DNA of 50,155 nt from a virus (Duplodnaviria > Caudoviricetes), in the IMG/VR virus record IMGVR_UViG_3300040736_000076, positions 1 through 50,155 of that record; one strand, written 5' to 3'. The notes beneath the pieces are model-generated. The model was given only the letters and a program-made list of their open reading frames with translations, was not told the DNA's origin and did not search any database. Positions 46,628 through 50,155 of the stretch are shown here, in pieces. Made by a program: the position numbers and the translations under genes. Each line of letters starts with the position of its first letter. The stretch's first letter is position 1.

Positions 46628-47224
46628 TTATTTCGGGAAGATCCCCTTCCGCTGCAACAGCATCAGCAGAGAGGCCGACGGCGCCGCCTTGGCGGTTTTG
46701 CCGACCTTGAGAACCGTGCTGTCCACCGTGCCGTGGCCGACATACAGGCCGGACGCGCTGTAGGCGGTGTCCACCTGCTCATCAAGCACACCATCCACCG
46801 CGGTCACATAGTCGCCGGTGATGTTCGTGCCGTTGCCGACGTTGGCATTGAAATCGAGCGATATTGCCCCGGTTTTGTAGTTGATGGCGCCGCTGCCGCC
46901 TGCGCTCCCTGTCAGACGACCGCTGCCGTCGTCGCTGAAAGTTTCCACCCCGTCGGTAATTGCGAGTGTGCCCGGTTCGACCGGGAACGATGCGAGGGTA
47001 TCGTTATAGACCTGAGTGGCGCCGTTGCCGGTGGCGATAATCTCATCGACCACCTCCACCAGAGGAATCAGCACACCTGCCGCGTTACGGGTCAGCACGA
47101 GCCCTGTCGGGTACACGCCGTCACTTGCCGTCAGCTTGCCGGACAGTATCACCGGGGCATGCCCGGGGACCTGCGCGCGCTCTTCGTCTCGGGAGAAGCT
47201 CCCGACCTGTCCGTTGATGGTCAT
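46628..47224 (-). CDS. Head decoration protein with inserted Ig-like domain
   Basis: YPTGLVL...GVLDEQVD...HGTV...GIFP motifs, insert DDGSGRL..INYKTGAI. Confidence 0.75.
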   Translation of the reverse strand: MTINGQVGSFSRDEERAQVPGHAPVILSGKLTASDGVYPTGLVLTRNAAGVLIPLVEVVDEIIATGNGATQVYNDTLASFPVEPGTLAITDGVETFSDDGSGRLTGSAGGSGAINYKTGAISLDFNANVGNGTNITGDYVTAVDGVLDEQVDTAYSASGLYVGHGTVDSTVLKVGKTAKAAPSASLLMLLQRKGIFPK

Positions 47225-47249
47225 GGTATTAACTCCTTTCAGTCGTTAA

Positions 47250-47284
47250 GCCGCTAGTCGCTAGCCGCTAGCTGCTAGCCGCAG
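47250..47284. repeat. Heptamer tandem repeat (GCTAGCC-like, ~4-5 copies)
   Basis: GCCGCTAGTCGCTAGCCGCTAGCTGCTAGCCGCAG. Confidence 0.65.
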
Positions 47285-47287
47285 GTT

Positions 47288-48301
47288 TTATACGTGTTTT
47301 GCCAGGTCGGCGGGAATTTTGCCTTTAATCGCTTCCGGATCGTAATGGCCCTTGCCAAGCTCGCCGAACTCGATGACCTTTGGCATGGCGTTGAGCAGGT
47401 CCCGCAGGATGTCGGCAGGCGCCTTGGTCTGCTTGGCTTCACCTTCGCCGAATTCGATGGTATCGCCCTCGGTGATGCCACAGGCAAAGTCGAGCACGGC
47501 AACCGCTCCCGCCTTGTTCACCGGCAGAAGCTTTCCGGCCTGGACCAGACCTTCGGCAAAGGCTACGTTGCCGTCGTGGATGCCGGCGTTTTCCTTTGCC
47601 TCAACTTTATTTTCCCTGTCTACCAGTTCCGCCTCTTTTACCGACAGCTGCTCGGCCGTCATACCCATGGCTCCCACCTCCTTGTTCGTTTCCGCGAACG
47701 CCGGCTCCGGCGTCGCTTCGGTCTTTATCTCAGGCCGTAAGGCTTCTTCAGTAATGCTCTCCAAGTCCCATTCAGGCAGGGCCGTTTCCGCCTTTTCCTG
47801 TCCGAACTCTCCGATCAGGAAGTTCTTGAACCCCCGCAGCACCCGGGCGATGGTCCGGTCGTTCCAGTCGCCCAGCTCGATAATCCCGGTTTCTCCTTCC
47901 GCGAAGGAGACGATCCCGAGCCCTTTCACCGCCGGCGGCATGGCCCCGAGAAAGCCCAGATGGCGCGGGTAGTAGACGCCGGGAACCGGGTTGTTCGGGC
48001 TGTCCGGCTCATAGAGGGACAGGGATACGCGGTTGAACTTCCCGGAGTTGACCGCCTCGGCGAATGCCGGATCCACCTGGTCCGGCGCGCCCATTAGGAA
48101 CCCCTCCGCGAACTCGGCGGTCCCGATCCTGCCGTAGGCCGGGTCGTCGTGTTTCGGATGGCCGATAACGAACGGGGCCGCGTGGATCTCCGGGTTGTAC
48201 GCCGCGGCCGTGGCCTTCAGGTCCGCCTCGGTGAAACTCACCACCTTGCCGTTCATGGCCGTGAATTTTCCCGGCTTAAGCATCTTGATTCTCTTCTTCA
48301 T
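47288..48301 (-). CDS. Mu gpI-like head maturation protease/scaffold
   Basis: APFVIGHP, VSLSLY, RHLGFLGAMPPAVKGL motifs. Confidence 0.9.
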   Translation of the reverse strand: MKKRIKMLKPGKFTAMNGKVVSFTEADLKATAAAYNPEIHAAPFVIGHPKHDDPAYGRIGTAEFAEGFLMGAPDQVDPAFAEAVNSGKFNRVSLSLYEPDSPNNPVPGVYYPRHLGFLGAMPPAVKGLGIVSFAEGETGIIELGDWNDRTIARVLRGFKNFLIGEFGQEKAETALPEWDLESITEEALRPEIKTEATPEPAFAETNKEVGAMGMTAEQLSVKEAELVDRENKVEAKENAGIHDGNVAFAEGLVQAGKLLPVNKAGAVAVLDFACGITEGDTIEFGEGEAKQTKAPADILRDLLNAMPKVIEFGELGKGHYDPEAIKGKIPADLAKHV

Positions 48302-48323
48302 GCGGCCTCCTGTTTCCGGCCCA

Positions 48324-48368
48324 CCATACCGATGGGCGAAGGGAAGTGATAGTAAAGGGCTTTATAAA
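48324..48368 (-). promoter_or_regulatory. Late promoter (PI-like) with dyad activator site TAAAG-CC-CTTTA
   Basis: Dyad in place of a -35, TATGGT -10, then RBS AGGAGG of the protease gene. Confidence 0.55.
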
Positions 48369-48448
48369 ATCCGTTGTCCGTTTTGCGTGTCCGTGGTCCG
48401 ATTTCCGAGACCTGCCAGGTTTCCAAAACCTGGCAGGTCTGCCTCCGC

Positions 48449-48559
48449 CCGGAACCGCATTTAAACCATCTTTAAATTTTGTCGTGCCGCGTCGGAATCG
48501 CCGGAGACTACCTTTGTCTGTCCCGGAAAATCAAAACGCCTTACAGGGCAAATTTCGCG
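48449..48559 (-). promoter_or_regulatory. G-I intergenic central site (candidate strong gyrase site)
   Basis: Mu SGS lies between G and I, and this sequence is conserved in element 1. Confidence 0.55.
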
Positions 48560-48609
48560 GTTTGTGGTTTTCGAGACCTGCCAGGTTTCGCAAACCTGGC
48601 AGGTCTGCT

Positions 48610-49146
48610 TTACCCGGTTGCCTTTTCGATATGCTTCTCCACAATCTCGATGATTCGTGCCCGGTCCTTTTCCGCCAGTCGCATTCCAGTTCCAGCGTTT
48701 ACCGCCAGATAGGGCCGCGCAGGGAGCCGGGTCTTGCGCCCTCTGCCGGCGAGCCCGCCGAACTGGTGAATGCCGCCATAGGGGATGTGGCCGCCGGTTC
48801 CTATTGACACCTGATTGCGTTCCGCCTGGTAGTGGACCGATCCTCTGAGGTCGCCGTGCTCCACCAGCATCTTCTTGTTCGTAAGGTACTGCCGTCCCGC
48901 TTTGGCCAGATAACCGCTCTTCTTGAGCCGCTTCCCCTTGGCGAGTCCCATCCCCAGGGTAACGGCGGAGAGTCTGGGCCAGGGCCGCCCCTCGGGGTCG
49001 CATTCAGCGGCGAAGTTCTCCAGGACCCGCCGTTCGTAATACTGGCCGATCTCATGCATGGCCGGGGTCATGTCGCCGGTCACGGCGGCGAGCCGTGCCA
49101 AGACCGCTTTCACCTGCTCGTCATGTACGATTATTCTGGTTTCCAT
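48610..49146 (-). CDS. Mu gpG-like virion morphogenesis protein
   Basis: DPEGRPWPRLS, YGGIHQFGG, LPARPYL motifs. Confidence 0.92.
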   Translation of the reverse strand: METRIIVHDEQVKAVLARLAAVTGDMTPAMHEIGQYYERRVLENFAAECDPEGRPWPRLSAVTLGMGLAKGKRLKKSGYLAKAGRQYLTNKKMLVEHGDLRGSVHYQAERNQVSIGTGGHIPYGGIHQFGGLAGRGRKTRLPARPYLAVNAGTGMRLAEKDRARIIEIVEKHIEKATG

Positions 49147-49159
49147 TTATTAATCCCTG

Positions 49160-49272
49160 TTTACATTCCGGCAATGGTGCGGTATAGTTATCCCATTCGC
49201 TGGTCCGGCGGGGCCGTGCCCCTTAACCGCCGGACTTAGGACGTGCGCCGGGACGGCGACGCATAGTCTCAA
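49160..49272 (+). ncRNA. Promoter plus structured small RNA convergent with the MuF-toxin gene
   Basis: TTTACA-17-TATAGT, stems GTCCGGCGG/CCGCCGGAC and GTGCGCCG/CGGCGACGCAT, conserved at 20436-20508. Confidence 0.65.
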
Positions 49273-50153
49273 TCCCTGCCGTACAGAAGCTTGCCCTTCC
49301 GCAGGTTGTTTGCCGCGCTCGACCCTCCCCGGAAGAAATCCCCGCTCACCCAGATTCCGTCCTGAATCTCCGCGTACAGTCCGAGCACCCGGTCCTTGTC
49401 CAGCCGTATAGTCTTCACGTACTTCTTGCGCAGGCCCACCCGGCCTGAAACCTCGCTCCTCGCGAAATTGACCCAGATTTCATACGGCTCTTCGAGCAGT
49501 TCGCGGATGAAAGGGAAGTATTCCTCCCTGCCGTCCCACCGCGTGTCCGACTTGGACAGGATGTGGTCCACTATGGCCTGGGTAATCAGGGTCCGCTCCC
49601 CGGTCGGGTCGGCTATGGATACCGAGTCGCCGCCCACGGCCCTTCTCAGTGCCTCGCGCAGGCCATCCTCGGTATGTTGTTTTGCCCCGAGCTCCGCCTT
49701 CGGCGCGTCCACCGGCATCTTTTTCGGCCGCCGGTACTCTTCCGGCCCGCCCGAGTACAGGTCTTTCCACGGTCCCGAATCTTCCATGAGCCGTTTCTGG
49801 ATGCTCTCGCCGTAGGCTGCCTGCCCCACGTTGTAATCCCACCCCGCGTCTATCCCCACCGGCGCGCCGGTCTTGGGGTTGACTGATTGCCAGCCCTCCG
49901 GAGCTTCCGTCACTTCGTCCTCGGCGGCCCGGACCGCCCGGCAGTGGCACCCCCATCCGTTGGGCGGATAGTGTGTCGTCCAGAAGGGATGTTCGATGGG
50001 AAGGGTCCGTCCGTTCCAGGCCAGATGCTGCGGCCGGGGGTTCATCACGCCGTCGGCGTGAACATAGCGCAGGTACTCGGCGCCGCCTTCCCGGAACTGT
50101 CGCCAGCGGCCCGCCTGGTAGGCGGTGGTGATGTTGGTGTCCCAGATCAGGCG
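49269..50153 (-). CDS. Mu gpF minor head protein fused to a C-terminal PBECR-like nuclease domain (5' partial)
   Basis: RPQHLAWNG...HPFW..HYPPNGWGCHC MuF motif, GIDAGWDYNVG linker, and HI...REEYFPFIRELLEEPYEIW...RKKYVK toxin-like domain. Confidence 0.85.
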   Translation of the reverse strand, partial: RLIWDTNITTAYQAGRWRQFREGGAEYLRYVHADGVMNPRPQHLAWNGRTLPIEHPFWTTHYPPNGWGCHCRAVRAAEDEVTEAPEGWQSVNPKTGAPVGIDAGWDYNVGQAAYGESIQKRLMEDSGPWKDLYSGGPEEYRRPKKMPVDAPKAELGAKQHTEDGLREALRRAVGGDSVSIADPTGERTLITQAIVDHILSKSDTRWDGREEYFPFIRELLEEPYEIWVNFARSEVSGRVGLRKKYVKTIRLDKDRVLGLYAEIQDGIWVSGDFFRGGSSAANNLRKGKLLYGRD

Positions 50154-50155
50154 GC

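Larger units (their letters stand above)
28220..50155 (-). mobile_element. Mu-like transposable prophage (siphovirus-type tail), late region. Terminal boundary uncertain (28140-28440) and the rest lies beyond the window
   Basis: Mu gene order F-G-I-decoration-capsid-gp36-gp37-tail, with a DNA methylase at the mom position. Confidence 0.85.

Noticed and set aside
45152-47257. 701-aa plus-strand ORF
   Set aside because: Shadow of the capsid, decoration and gp36 genes, with no motifs
44424-48606. CRISPR array or DGR from the short repeats
   Set aside because: No regular repeat-spacer period, no cas genes, no reverse transcriptase or TR/VR pair
11089-50155. A single rearranged prophage spanning both elements
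   Set aside because: Element 1 is closed by its own ends and TSD, a host tRNA separates the two, orientations are opposite, and each has its own TMP

Overview
GC-rich bacterial chromosome, probably Geobacteraceae or a related deltaproteobacterium (inferred from gene content and REP-type repeats). Bases 1-11052 hold host genes: a 4Fe-4S protein possibly cut by an IS end, nadE, a TPR/cNMP-domain protein, uvsE and a multi-sensor histidine kinase. Two Mu-like transposable elements then flank a tRNA-Thr(CGT). Element 1 (11089-27955, 16.9 kb) is complete, with TG...CA ends, imperfect terminal inverted repeats and a 6-bp target duplication (CATCGG). It encodes a repressor, Ner, a DDE transposase, an ATPase, GemA and three Mor/C-like activators. 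It has no recognisable capsid, terminase, portal, tail-tube or lysis genes; its only virion gene is a tape-measure protein whose C-terminal ~490 aa closely match that of element 2. Element 2 (~28.2 kb to the window end, minus strand) is the late head/tail region of a Mu-like siphophage, including a MuF-nuclease toxin fusion. Element 1 also carries copies of two non-coding modules of element 2: the G-I intergenic central site, and a structured small RNA lying antisense just behind the MuF toxin gene, which in element 1 is preceded by a tRNA-like structure. The best reading is a transposable (Mu-type) phage satellite next to its likely helper, with a candidate RNA antitoxin. This is an inference and is untested.
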